A stretch of 64,000 bases of DNA from Cenococcum geophilum (lineage: Eukaryota). The position numbers and the translations under genes are program-made. Each line of letters begins with the position of its first letter. The stretch's first letter is position 1. Below the pieces are notes generated by a model. It did not search any database. It saw only the letters and a program-made list of their open reading frames with translations, and had not been told where the DNA came from. Shown piece by piece: positions 36,879 to 49,184 of this stretch. The stretch lies in assembly GCA_050273025.1 (NCBI GenBank), contig CP158635.1, positions 16,120,001-16,184,000 of the forward strand, written 5' to 3'.

Positions 36879-39550
36879 TAAGCTACCTTAAAGTCTTTAA
36901 ATTTATTAGTAAACTCGCCCATTTCTTTAGTAGGAAGGTCCTTAATAATATTAAGGAGGCGGAGAACTAATAGCTGGATCCTAGTAAGAGCTTCCGGGTG
37001 CTCTAATAGAGGGTTACCTTAGAACGCCATATTCTTAATATATCGCGGTTGCCAATCTAGAGCAGTAATTAGCTTTATCGCGATATACTAGCAAGGATGG
37101 ATTAAAGCCGGCGATATAGGAAGCCTTTATATTAAGTACTAAATAAGTATATAGCGGTAGGGGAGGCCATATTAGTAGGGGTCCTCGCAGTTACAGTTAC
37201 CCTAATTTTACTCCTAATTAGCCCACTCCTGCTTTTCCTTATTTATTAAAGCTTTCGCGCTACGCATGGAGTTAAAGATTCGCTTAAGCGCGTAGTGTGT
37301 TACTATACTATTAATCTAGGTAAAGTGGTGCTAAAAGAGATCTAGGGTAATAATTCGGGGGAGGGACGTTTCGGACGTATATTTGGATTTGATTAATTCC
37401 TTATATAATATTGAAATCCATCTCTTTAGCTTAATTATAGTATCCTTAAGGCTTAATTGATAATTAGTAAAGCATTTTAATCCTCCGTTAATACCCTCGC
37501 CTTATTAGCTTGCTACTATACCTAAATTTAGAAGGTATCTGGTAAGGGAGTAAGTGGTTAAGGAAAAGTTGACGTTAAAATAAGGTTTTTAAGCTGGGAG
37601 TAGGATGCTTAAAGGTATCCTACTCCCTAGCTTAAAATAAAACTTACCTAATATAGTAGGTAATCATCTGGCTCTCCTTTTTAACGTATATAGTCTAAAA
37701 CTATACCTTATTGTATGGGTGTAGCTTATTTAGGACTGCCTTTTAATTAGCTTTAAGCTCTACTACTGTTTTGGATTTTAGGTAGGGCTAAAATAGTTCC
37801 TTTATTACCTTCCTCTCTTCCGCTAAGTAGCTATACGGCCTCTTAGCCTTTGTTTAAATTCCCTTATTAATCCGCTTCTTCATTGCCTTTACAGTATGCT
37901 ACTGGCAGTACTGGAGAATAACTGTAATTAACTACCCTACTAATAAGGCGGCTGTAAGGCCCTTACTAAAATCGGCGATAATAACTTTAGGTGGCTGTTT
38001 CTAAAGCTTCTGCTAAGCAGACTCTAGTAAGAAGGTCTAATCTAGCTAAAACTCGCTCTTAATAAACGACTATATTACCGGAAAAGAGGACCCCATATTA
38101 GTAACGCCAGTAATAATAGCTAATAAGAGCTTGGATCGATTGGTATTAAATATAGCGTCTATTTAGCAGCTAAAGTTAGTAATAAACCTTTATGCTAAAT
38201 CTACCTAGATAGGAAGCTAGAATATAAGCTGCTAGAGACTTTAGGTAATTGGATAACCTAATTCTAGATTAATTATATAGGTATATTAAGACCGGTACTT
38301 AAATCTATGCTAGTAGAGAAGCAGCTCAAGCGCGCCGAGCGCTCGCGGCTGACCCTTAGCTCTACTAGGAAGGCCGCTTAATAATCGCGTTAAGGTATAG
38401 TATTTCTTCTTGCTTATATATAGCTCCCGGGCAGAAAGCTGACGCTGCGTAGTAAGGTAGGTCTTTTATATTGCCCTAAGAGCGTAGGCTTCTGTAGCTG
38501 CCTCCTTAGCCTCTAGTAGTTGATCCTGGTGGCTAATATAAGCAAGAAAATTAGTAATAAAGTTGTGCGTAGGGGCCTCTGGATTGTCTGGATTGGCATA
38601 CTTAGTGTAGGTAAGAGTTGCTACCTACTTATATACTAAGCCTATATGCTTAACGAGCTGTTTTTAGGCCACCCGAATACTCCAGCCGCACCTTATCTGG
38701 TGCACCTTAGTGGCCTCTCGCTGACGGTTACTATTTTTACCGTAAAAGTTGTCTAGTTTGCGGTAGTTTCGGGTATGCTCGCTATAGTGCTTATAGATAA
38801 AAATAGTGCGCGGCCGTAAAGTGTCTGGGCTAGATACTAATAATTTAATAATAAAGAAACCTTTAGAGAATGTATAGTCCTAATATTAATCAAACGCGGC
38901 GTTAGGATCCTCGAAGATCTCACCATTTTATAGCTCTAGAAGGTAGTAGGCAGGCATAAAGTTAACTACCTTTTTTACTATTGGAGCTAGGTCCGGGTGT
39001 AAACGGTGGTTTAGCTGCTACTCTAGACGCTTAATTTTAACTTCTAGTGACGGCGATCAAAGCTATAGTAGAAGAGGACTTGCAGTATAGTGTTCTGAGG
39101 TAGCGGAAGTAGCCTAACGTTTACGGCGGGTAGGGGGTGGTGTTTTAGGTAGTAATAGAGTAGGGAAAGGCTCCTCCGCAGAAGCCTATATATCTACTTA
39201 AGACGCTGCCAGACGGTTCTATATTATAAACTAGGGCCTGCGGAGCCACAAAGGACCTTAAGTAACCTTATATAAGGGAGTAGGGACGGCTTAACAAGGT
39301 AGTGGTGTATTAAAGAGCTTAATTGGATTACTCTGTTAGTTGCCAAGTTTTTAAAAAAGGGCAGTAGAAGGAGCACCTGAGGGAGCGTCCGTAGTAGCGA
39401 TAGCTGGACGGGCCTACCTGGTCTGTAGGAGCTCGTTAAGGTTAAGAAGGGACGAATTAATATTAAATAAAGAGCTGTCGGCTATATTATATAGTAGGAA
39501 GTTAATATAGGCTTAGAAGGGGTATATTTAGTGTATAATAATCCTTAGAA
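36879..39550 (-). pseudogene. RIP-inactivated MULE transposase (continues at 9271-8506 and 2562-~2480)
   Basis: IDA(T)FNTNRSKLLLAIITGVTN(T)GSSFP...FIKSE at ~38050-38165; FAR1-like segment (C)KH(H)xEHTRNYRKL...RQREATKV...CGW at ~38680-38820. Confidence 0.85.
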
Positions 39551-40199
39551 ATTAACTATTCTTGTCGATTGAGTGTCCGTGCGCAGGTTAAGAATAAGAA
39601 GTCTGTCTATTGAAATGTGGCTCTAGGGCCTCTATATATATACATGAGAAGGGTAATTGAGTCGGTAACCGAGTCAAGGGGTCGGTGACCGAGTCAAGGT
39701 GGCAAGGATGTCCGTTTCAGATTGACAATCCCACACTCCGACTTCGGCCTTTAATTTTTTACCCTATCCCAAGATATTCTTTGTAAGCTATTTAAGGGTT
39801 ATTATAAGCATACTAGACTGTTGATCTATTACCTTAAATAAGCATATATACTCTATAGTTGGTGGAATATTAAGTTATTTAGATTATGGTAAACGCTAGC
39901 TTTTTTGAAGTTGTTTATGCGCTGGCGATAGTGGTCCGTGCGAGCTTACTAATTGCTAAGTAATCTGGTTCTGTGGGATGGTCCTGCCCTAAGACTGCCC
40001 GCTGCAGCCAAGCCGTGGACATCTTTAAATGTCTTTACCCCTACTGATCGAGTCGCTGATGCGCGCGTACTATTGGCCTATTGGCCCAGCCGTGCGCCCG
40101 TATATTTACCCTATGCGGTAAGGTCACTTATCCACTCTCGCTGAGCGGCTGGTAGGTATACTTTTTCTACCTCTCCTCCCTGGTCTATGTCTGCGTATA

Positions 40200-41850
40200 T
40201 AGGAAAATAGGAACTCTCCCTTAGGGCGTAGATTCTCTAGCAGCGTCCTATATATCTTAAAAATGCCATTAATTAGTCGCGTAAAGATTAGCGTTATAAA
40301 TAATACTAAACTACGCGCTAACGCGTAGAGTATTCTTACCCTTATATATTCTAAGAGGCCTAAAAACATATCTCTAAATTATAAGCTAAAGTAGAAAAAA
40401 TTTAAGGTAAGTAGGTAGGTGCTTTATAGAGTAGTATACTTATAACTAATGCGTGTCTTTTTAGGCCTTTTATAAGTAGAAGTAGTACTATAATAGTAAT
40501 ACTGTTATAGAAGAGAAGCTACTTTTTTTCCTTATTAAGGAGGTTATAGGCTAGCTACTAAAAGCAAAAAGCTATAAGGCTAGTAATAATATACCTTAGG
40601 ATAAAACGCGGCTCTTCTAGCGCTTAGTTTGCGGCTATATTACTACCCTAATAGACCTTTACCGGATATAAAAGGGTATAGAGATAAACAGCCACTAGCC
40701 CCTATAGGAGGATAATATTAGGGATTACCTAAAGGTTTTATAATAGAGGGACGCGTAATAGGAAAAGGAGTAGTTTATAGATAAGGGTAGGGATATATTA
40801 TTTAACGGATATATAGAGGATAAGTTTAAGAGCGTTTACTGCGAGCTATAGGCCTGGGGAGACTTTTTACTAAAATACTACCTTTGTACGCTTGTAGATA
40901 TCCTACTAGGCCACTATATACTTACCTACAGCGGCAATAGGCGCTCCGCTAAGATCTTAGACTTATTTACCTTTAAGTTTAAGGGGGAAAGTCCTATACG
41001 CTATATACCCCTAATATTTACTATACGCGCTAGTAAATGGAACTAGTATAGCCGCTTTAAGACTATTAGAGCTCTACGTAATAAGAAGCCGCTTATTTAT
41101 ATACTTAGCGGGCTAGCTTTCTACCTCCTATACCACTAAGACCTTAGCAATAAGCTATTCCTAAACTTTAGTAAGTGGTTAGCATAATATAATATCTACC
41201 TAATTAAGAGCAGCGCTAGGGACTGTAAGACAGCCTTTTTATATAATTTATAGCAGGAGTAGATTACTAAGGCGTTTTAGACCGTTAGCGTTTTTTTTAT
41301 AGAAGAAGACCTATATTAGGCGAAGCGCTAATACTAAGACGGCGAAGCTAAAAGGGGTTAGTAAGGACTAGATTAAATATACTAGTAGGTAAAACTAAGA
41401 GTAGATAGCCGGCTGCTATTTAAACTTACTGCTATAAAAGTTTATATAGATAATAGCTGGCTATTTACCGTAGATAGGCTGCTTTAAGATTTATAGGGTA
41501 AGCGTTATCCCCCCTAATATACTACTATTAACAATCTAGCCAGAGCTAGATATTTAAAAGGGTTAGTTTAGCTCTTAGGTTGGCTAGGTTAATAACCTTA
41601 TAGCTATAGGCGCTATAAACCTTCTATTTTACCTTTAGGAGGTTATTCTATAGGACTTAGTAGTCCTCTATAAGATATTCCTAAGTAGCCCTATATAGAA
41701 CCACCCAGTCTTTTAATATAAGGCCTATCTACCCTTTACGCAGAAGGTTAAAGCCTATCTATAGCAGGAGGAAGAAGGCCCTAGCTAGCTATTAATACTC
41801 TACTAGGCTATACTAGCTATTACGGACCGCCTAAAGACTATAAACGCCTA
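40200..41850 (+). pseudogene. Crypton-type (Ndc10-II-like) tyrosine recombinase relic, 3'-truncated
   Basis: De-RIPed reading: RPKNTSLNYEPKQKEFK, intron 40407-40464, AFCERKQYHDGDTVTEEKLLFFLVEEV; RTLVDILLGHYMLTRGGDRR; EGPTRCMPLIFTTRAGKQNQHGRFETIGALRNKKPLIC..GLAFYLLYRWD...FPDFSKRSAWY; KKTHIGR...AELKGVSEDQI..AGRWN. These match motifs I recall from fungal CryptonF/Ndc10. Confidence 0.85.
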
Positions 41851-42497
41851 AGTACGCAAGCTTGAATATGAGGGTGTCGTTCGGTAAATCTGGCGACTTT
41901 TGAATATGGAGCTCCTCAATATTGGTAAGCGCGGCAAATTTGCAAGCTATACTGTATACAGTAGTTGAAATGAGGTTCTTGGCACCATTTCAATATGTAG
42001 CTTAGAGCTCCTGTTCCATATTCCATTTCGATATAGAGCTCTCACATACGCGCTAAAGTGACGATATGGCGACTCCACACACCCCAATCGCGATACTGCC
42101 GTCGCATTTGCAAGCCTTATATAATAATATTATTATCTTAACCTTCGTAATCGCAATAAGCTTATTCTCGGAGCGTCGCGGGCGTCACTGTAACTCTACC
42201 ACGGCTCCTACAGGAGGTGGGCAAAGGTATAGAAAGCGTCGATCGCAGAGAGGGCGTTAGCTGAGGAGGCTCCATTGCTGCACCAAAGTAGGGAGTCGCG
42301 ATAGAGGCCTGGTGGCAGAGAGGGGCTCATTCGAATCGCTTACCGACGTCAATTACGCGTTATTGTCGTTTTCTTATCTACTGCAACTCGCTTCCAGATA
42401 AGCCCCCCCCACATTGAAATATCGCCTTTGTATACAAATTCTCATACAAATCAAATATAATCGCATGCGCATACTTTCTTGACTCTATTTTCTCACT

Positions 42498-43565
42498 ATG
42501 GGCCCAAGGCTTCCTCCCCACCGCGTTTAGCAGATCTGCGTCGCCTTATACTACGGCTAGGCAGTTGAATGGATTGTTGCAGCCACTTAAATACATAAGA
42601 CGACGATATACTGTATTAAAACATCCTTAGATATATAGGGAACTCCTTACCCACCAAGCCTTGCTAGAATAGGGAGGCCTTAAGTTCTTACTACTTTGCA
42701 TAAAAATGTACGTAACGATTAACATTATAGTGTTTAGTTAATTTCTAACCAATTTTAATATAGGCTCTCCTTGCATTTCTTACTAATCGGCCTACTGCCT
42801 TCCTTAATAAAATGGCCTGGTTTCTATATAACGAGTTTGGTGTAGTTGCAGGCCTCTTAACTATCTGGAAGATACTTTTACGCCTTTAGTAGAGTAGGAA
42901 GGTAGTATAAAGGAAAGCGCTTAAGCGGGCAGAGGATCTACGTTCCCTATAGAAGGGACGCCAGATTGTATAGAACATTTACTAATTAGTATTTATTGAC
43001 GAATTAGGAGCCAATGAGAGAACTAGGTATAGGAAGTTTAGGTAGAGTCCTATTAATCTACCTGTAATTAAGGTCTCTTTAATTTAACGCTCTAAGCGGT
43101 GGAGTATACTACCAGCCTATACCTGCAATGGCTTTCTTAAGGGGACGTTAATATATTAAGGCTCTATTACTGCCGAAATATTTAACGCCTGGATTAAGGC
43201 TATAGTTCTACCATAGTGTGCACCTGGTACAATCTTAATTATAGATAACGCATTAATTCACAGGAATAAGGTAGGGGAGTTAAATTAGGTGAGTATATAT
43301 ATATAAAAGCTGACAGGAAGCAGGAGCTCTGAACTCTCTATAAGAGAGCTAGCGTCTATATAGAGTATCTACCACCATATTCTCCAGAGTTTAACCTAAT
43401 TAAACTTGCTTTTCACGACCTTAAGACATGGATTTAACGCAATATTTATAGCCTTGGTAACTATATAGACTTTAGAAGCTTTTTAAGATTTGGTATACAA
43501 AATATAGGTAATTATATGGCTGCGCAATCGCATTTCTAGTATATAGGTTATTTGGTAGTTGACTA
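42498..43565 (+). pseudogene. DDE_3 (Tc1/IS630) transposase with two introns, RIP-inactivated
   Basis: LVFIDE(S)GANERT.YRKF.(W)SP, ILI(M)DNA(S)IH and YLPPYSPEFN(P)I(E)LAF; GT-AG introns at ~42708-42763 and ~43271-43323. Confidence 0.9.
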
Positions 43566-43589
43566 GTTAGTTTTTTATATATATAATTA

Positions 43590-45454
43590 GTGTAAAATAT
43601 ACTAGAAGAATATAAAGCCTACCCAGATTTAAACTTCCTATAAGCCCTTAAGTCTCGTTAAAGCTTTATTAAGGCACCTCCCTTAAAGCTAAGGTCTTCC
43701 TATATACTATTACTAATTTCCATTTTATTTTATAGGGCCTCTAAGTTATAATTATTTTTAAGTAGGGTGTCGGCGATGTAATTAAGCTCAGTAATCAGCT
43801 CTACTGAGCTCCAATGTGGCTGCGTTTAAAGCCAGTTAAAGTAGTCGCGAAGCTCTGCGGTAGGATTAGGCCCGGGCGCAATTGGGCTTATTAGAGGCTT
43901 TGCTGCTTAATTTAAATCGTCTAGCTTTACTAGGGGAGGTTACTAAGGAGGTTACTAGGGTATAGCAGGCTGTTAATATAGGTAAGGAGCGTACTGTATA
44001 TGCTGCTGGTGTTAATATTAAGTAGGGTGTGGTTGGTAAGGGGTGTAGGGGGGGAAGTTCGTTGGATAATTAAGCACGGTCTTTGTCTGTTGCGCCCTTA
44101 TTACACCATCCTTTTGGCTTAATAGGATCGCAATTTGAGCAGGTGGCTTATTAGCAGTAGCCTTCCCCTTAAGGATCTTGTTCCCCTATAATGTTATTAT
44201 ACTTCTATTAATTGGGTGGTGGTCTGCTAGGTGATCTAGGTTGCTATTAACCTAGTAAGTACGCCTACTGTTCTAGCATGCGTCGGTTCTGCATTCCCAT
44301 CGAAATACAATTAGTGGGCCTCCGTTCTTGGCCATAACTTTATTTAGCATAGTACTGGGCAGATTTAGGCGTTAAATAGCAGTAGCACTGCCAGCGGAGG
44401 CCTTCCCTTTCTTACTTTGGCTAGTTATAGCCTTTATAAGTGTTTTTAATTAAGTGCTAAGAGCCTAGCCTTCTAGCGAATTTAACGGATTTAACGGGAG
44501 CTCTAAAAGTGTGGCAGTAACCTCTACTTTTAGGCCCTTCCTTTTGTTACTATACTAAGCGTCCAAGACAGAATCCATAGCTTAGATATCTTTATGGCTA
44601 TATAGATCTATAATAACTTCTTTTTTGGTACCCCAATCGTAGGAAGCTGCGGCTTAAATTAAGGCAATAGGCTCAAATCGCCCTAGGTGTTTTGCTCAAA
44701 CTTCGTTAATTTAGGCGATTAATTGAAAGTATATAAAGCCTCCATATATATGCACTCTTTTAGCAGTATTCGTAAGAGGTGTTGCTCCTACTACTACACG
44801 CCAAGTAAGAGTATATTAAATAATCTCTAAATCTACCTCTAGCTCTAGCTTCTGTATCGTATCTAGTTCGGATGCAGCCTCAGATAATACCGAGGGAGAC
44901 TCCTCTCTTACAGCAGCTTCGGCAGTTCGACGTTCTGCTAGTATTATATACAGCGATTTATATACTAATTGAGGAGGTAGCTTCTTATAAGGCTTCGGCT
45001 TCGGCTTCTTTAACGTCTTTATTCTAGCCCGTTTGGAAGATCGCTAAGAGGATACTTCCTTATTCTCTACTACCTTTCTTAACCGACGCCGCGGCCGTAG
45101 TAAGGTGTATGTTGCCAATTAAGCTACCTTGTAATTAACAAGAGGATAGTCTAAAGGTAGTATACCAGCTAGAATAAAGCCCTCCTTACTAGGGGGGATA
45201 GTAGTAGGGGAGCTATAGTCCTTATCCTTATTAATCCCAATATCGTCCTCGCTTAAGAAGTTAACCTTATTATCGCTTATTTTAACAGCAATAGGAGAAG
45301 CTTCCGTGCTATTGGCTTGGCCTTTTTTAGGTATAACCTTAGTGCGTGGAGTATTCCTAGTAAGAGAACTAGAGCTAGGGGGACCTAGTAGAGCGCGTTA
45401 GGGTACTAAGACCTGCGACGCGGCTCGTTTATAACGGCTTAATAGGGGTGCCAT
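43590..45454 (-). pseudogene. Second (cargo) gene of element E, unknown function
   Basis: ATG at 45454 just inside the right TIR; long coding-like frame including WECRTDAC.NSRRT(C)(W)V.....HHP and ELRDYFNWL..QPHWS. Confidence 0.6.
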
Positions 45455-45822
45455 GTTAACTGAAACACCTGGCGAGACTTGGTGATAGAAAAGCCAGTAA
45501 GAAATAGAGCCTCACGTATTTTTAAGGGAAAAAAAGTACTGCGCATACGATTATATTTGATTTGTATGAGAATTTGTATACAAAGGCGATATTTCAATGT
45601 GGGGGGGGGCTTATCTGGAAGCGAGTTGCAGTAGATAAGAAAACGACAATATTCGAAGTCAAATATGGAGCCTCATATGGAGCCTCACCGAACAATCGGC
45701 TTAATTACATATTCAAATAAGCCACGGTAGTAGCCGCCACTAATTACAAAACAGGTGGCACTAAAAGGCGCACGGATTAACAGATTATAAATATGGAGGC
45801 GATTTGCAACCGAACGGTCCCT

Positions 45823-47190
45823 AAGTTATTTAGAGGCTTCTTAGTAGGCTTTCTAGAGGTTATAGGTAAGATTAGTAACTAATATTTCCGCTTCTTAGTA
45901 TCTGCTTACGGTAAGTTTTATAGCAAGCACTGTAACCTCTTAGGCGCAGCTAATAGAGGCGGTATATTTAATAACTCTATACTCTTAAATATTTTAAGCT
46001 CCTTGTATATACCTACTACTAGCTACTATCTCTTCTTCTATTACTTCTTATATTATTTTACCTACTTTTTATTCTTTACTACTCTCTTAGCTTGCTTAAG
46101 GCTAATAAGGCTACGCTTTTTAGCCTTGCCCTTCTATTTAAACTCTACCTTTAAAGTTTAAACAGTATTAGGTAGCTCTACTACTATAAAATTTATCCTT
46201 ATTATATAGCTCTCTAAATTTAAAAAGAAGCTATTAAGTTTATTACTAGAATAAGTCTATAAGAACTTATGCTTACTTAGGTGGATATATTTTTATTATT
46301 ATATTATACACTATATTTACTATACCTAACGTTATATCTGATCTACCATTATTAAAACAATCGCTATTAGTAGTAACTTTATTATTAGCGCTAAGTTAAG
46401 TGGTGTAGCTTAGCTACTAATTAAACGTAATAGCAGGCGGCCTATTAAGTAGCCACTATAGATAAAGAAGACTTAGTAGTAGTAACGCCGAGTCTTATAT
46501 AGCCTTCTCCATTTAATAATAATATAGGAGGCTATATTAAATAGCAAGGTTATAGTGGTTTTATGCTAAATAGCAACCGTATTTACTGCGGCTATCCTTA
46601 ATATTAAATTTATAAGTATAGAACTTAAGGAGTCGCTAACTTATATAAGTAATAACTTAACTCTCCTTAAGCAGCCCATACCTTTAGTAGTCCTTATTAG
46701 GTTGGCTAAATTGCCTATAGTTAGATTTAATAATTTCCTATTTGTCTCGTATAAGCTTAATAGCCTTATTAGTTACCTAACCCTATAGTGACCGAAATAT
46801 ATATATATCTTAAAGCCGGGAAGACTCTTTATAATCCTTATACTCTAATACCTTATACTCTCTAAACTTCTTATTAATTATTAACTTAATTTAGGTAGCG
46901 ACTTCTAATAATCTAAGCTCTTTATATAGCCTTACTTTTATCCTTAGGTAAATTAACTCCCCTTACTATAAGGTATTGGCACTAAGATTATAGTAGCGGC
47001 GCGTATATGCCTTACTAAAGTAGGCTTCTTTTAGGCGCTAGTATTCTTTAACTTTAAGAGCCCTAGCTAGTTAAGTTAATATATAAATATAGTATAATTG
47101 GCTTTAAGTTTAATAGGATTCTCTAACTTAATACACTTCTATATTATATAAGGGATATTATTGCGGTTACCTTAGGTTGCCCTTAGGACA
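45823..47190 (-). pseudogene. C-terminal fragment of a second MULE transposase
   Basis: KEY(W)R(P)KEAYFSKAYTRRY(H)NL(G)ANT(S)(Q)(R)GE(S)I(H)(P)RIK and a SWIM-like CxC...LA..H...LL(H)(P)(R)WLL segment. Confidence 0.7.
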
Positions 47191-48608
47191 ACCCCTAGAC
47201 GTCCCTTAAATAGTTACCGATTACGTACCAAAGGCACGTGCCTATAGTATATAGTCTCTATAATCCTAGAGGCCTTACCTCCTTAAGGATTTATCTCCTC
47301 TATAATCTATCTGTTCCTATAATTGTGCCTTATAGCCCCCTATCTATAAAATCCCTTTATATATTAACTCTTCTAAAGGCTTTTACTTCTCCTTAGTATA
47401 AGCGCCACTATTAACTAATATAGTCTTAATATTTTTAACAACGTACTACTTATAGAGCTGTATTTAGATATCCTCTTTTATAAGCTTCTCTATAGCTAAT
47501 ATAAAGCTAGCTCTCTAATCACTAATATAAACTTTTAGGCTAGGTATATTATAAAACATAAACTTGTTTATAAAGGTATACATTTCTTTAAATATCTACT
47601 CGGCCTTAGATAAGACAAGTAAATATATAATTAGAACTATCTTACTAGTGTTTATTATAGTTATTATAGTTAATAGCGGCATATAGAGCTGATTTGTTAA
47701 GAATATTATATTAGTATAGATATAGAAGCTAGAAGTAAATTAATATATAAAAGCAATCTACTGTAGAGTTAAAAAGGTAATTTAGATAAGGACTTAAGAG
47801 GTATAGTTACCTAGGGGAAATAGTAAGTTAGTATTTAGTTAGTGGTAAGAAAGCAAATTAATATCCCAAACGCTTTAATATCTAGGCACTCTAAGATATA
47901 TAGCTATATATTATATCCGGTAGGCCTATAGTACTAATTAGTAGCTTAGCTATATTAGAAAATGCCACACTATCTATACTACTAAAAGAGGAGCCAACGG
48001 AAGCTCTTTAGGTAATAAGCTTATCTAGATACGCGAGCGCATATAGAAGCCGGCTTATTAGAGAGCTAAACGCAGCTCCTTAAATCGCTCCTACTTTATT
48101 ATACCTACCTTTTATATACCTTAATTAACTTACCCTCTTATATTTTAGTAGTTACAACTACTAATTAGTGGCAACTTATTAGAGAATAGAGGTCGCCGTA
48201 CCTCTCCTATAGATGTATTAGCAGCTTAGTATTTAAAGGCCTCTACTATACTTACTATATAATCCGGCTAATGGTTTTTATACTTTAGAAAAGCAAGAGG
48301 ATTTAGTATAGCCGCGCAGGTATATATACTGCTATTAATCTTTATAGGCTAGGTAATAGCTCTATTAATTATATTCTTATAAGCGAAAACTTAATAGGGA
48401 TAGCTCTTCTTTAAAATCTTCCTATTTAGCCGCCCGAGATATCGACCTCCCTCGTCTTTTTACTAGCGGTCCTCCTCTATAAGTTTTTAGTAGTTGCGAG
48501 TCCCTTTGCTATAAACTCTATATTTTATATAGACTTACTATATAACCTGGCCACTACTTATATAGAGCTCGCGGCCTTAAGAGAACGCGTAGTTATTAAA
48601 GCGCTATA

Positions 48609-48836
48609 ACGTGTTTCACCACTCAACGCCGCACCCCAGTCAACGCCGCACCCCACCTTTTACGGCCTTTTATTAACTTAAAAATTAAATTTTTTTAAAG
48701 GCCTGCTCTATAAGAAGTATTTTGGCCTCTTTTTAAAGTAATTAAGCGTTTGGTGTTGATATTATAATTACTTTTATTTTTGGTTTTGGTGGGGTGCGGC
48801 ATTGACTAGGGTGCGGCGTTAAGTGGTGAAACACGT
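48609..48836. mobile_element. pogo/Fot1-type MITE, 228 bp
   Basis: ~49-bp TIRs starting ACGTGTTTCACCACT with internal direct repeat CAACGCCGCACCCCA; TA on both sides. Confidence 0.9.
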
Positions 48837-49184
48837 TATTACTAAGTCGTGAGTATTATAGTACTTACCAGCTTCTAGCTTAAGTAAGTATTTAGGAAAG
48901 ATTAATTAAATAACTGCCTATATTACCGCGATTATATCTTTATTTCTTAGCTTCTTATAAGTCTTCTATTTAACTAGTTAGTTTGCTTATGGTATAGCGG
49001 CAGGAGTAACTAAGGTAGGAGCATCTATTTTGGATAAGAATCTTAATATCCCTTAATACGGCAATTCGGGTCCTTAGGTTATCGATAAGAGCCAACCAAT
49101 TCGATTAGCTAAATTTAATACCCGTACTTAGAAATATAAGGCTGGTAATGTTTATTAAATCTTATATAAAATTGATATCTAAGC

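Larger units (their letters stand above)
2328..40033 (-). mobile_element. Mutator-like (MULE) DNA transposon, ~4.2 kb after removing nested A1 and A2
   Basis: ~120-130-bp TIRs at ~2328-2460 and ~39905-40033; minus-strand transposase relic reads through both insertion sites; no 9-bp TSD found, so outer ends are uncertain by ~12 bp. Confidence 0.85.
42363..45649 (+). mobile_element. Tc1/IS630-type (Ant1-like) DNA transposon E with two convergent genes
   Basis: ~110-bp near-perfect TIRs (42363-42471, 45540-45649) flanked by TA on both sides. Confidence 0.93.
41871..45822. mobile_element. MITE-like element D (~660 bp net) hosting the Tc1-like element E
   Basis: Imperfect termini AGGGTGTCGTTCGGTAAATC and (reverse complement) AGGGACCGTTCGGTTGCAAATC; repeated AATATGGAG motifs on both sides of E; no TSD, and the flanks belong to different elements. 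Confidence 0.5.

Noticed and set aside
40200..41850. Starship captain (DUF3435) tyrosine recombinase
   Set aside because: Motifs match the Ndc10-II/Crypton type, and no Starship cargo or boundary is visible.
47190..49100. RIP-degraded, possibly coding sequence around the pogo MITE
   Set aside because: No recognisable motif in the frames I examined; left unassigned.
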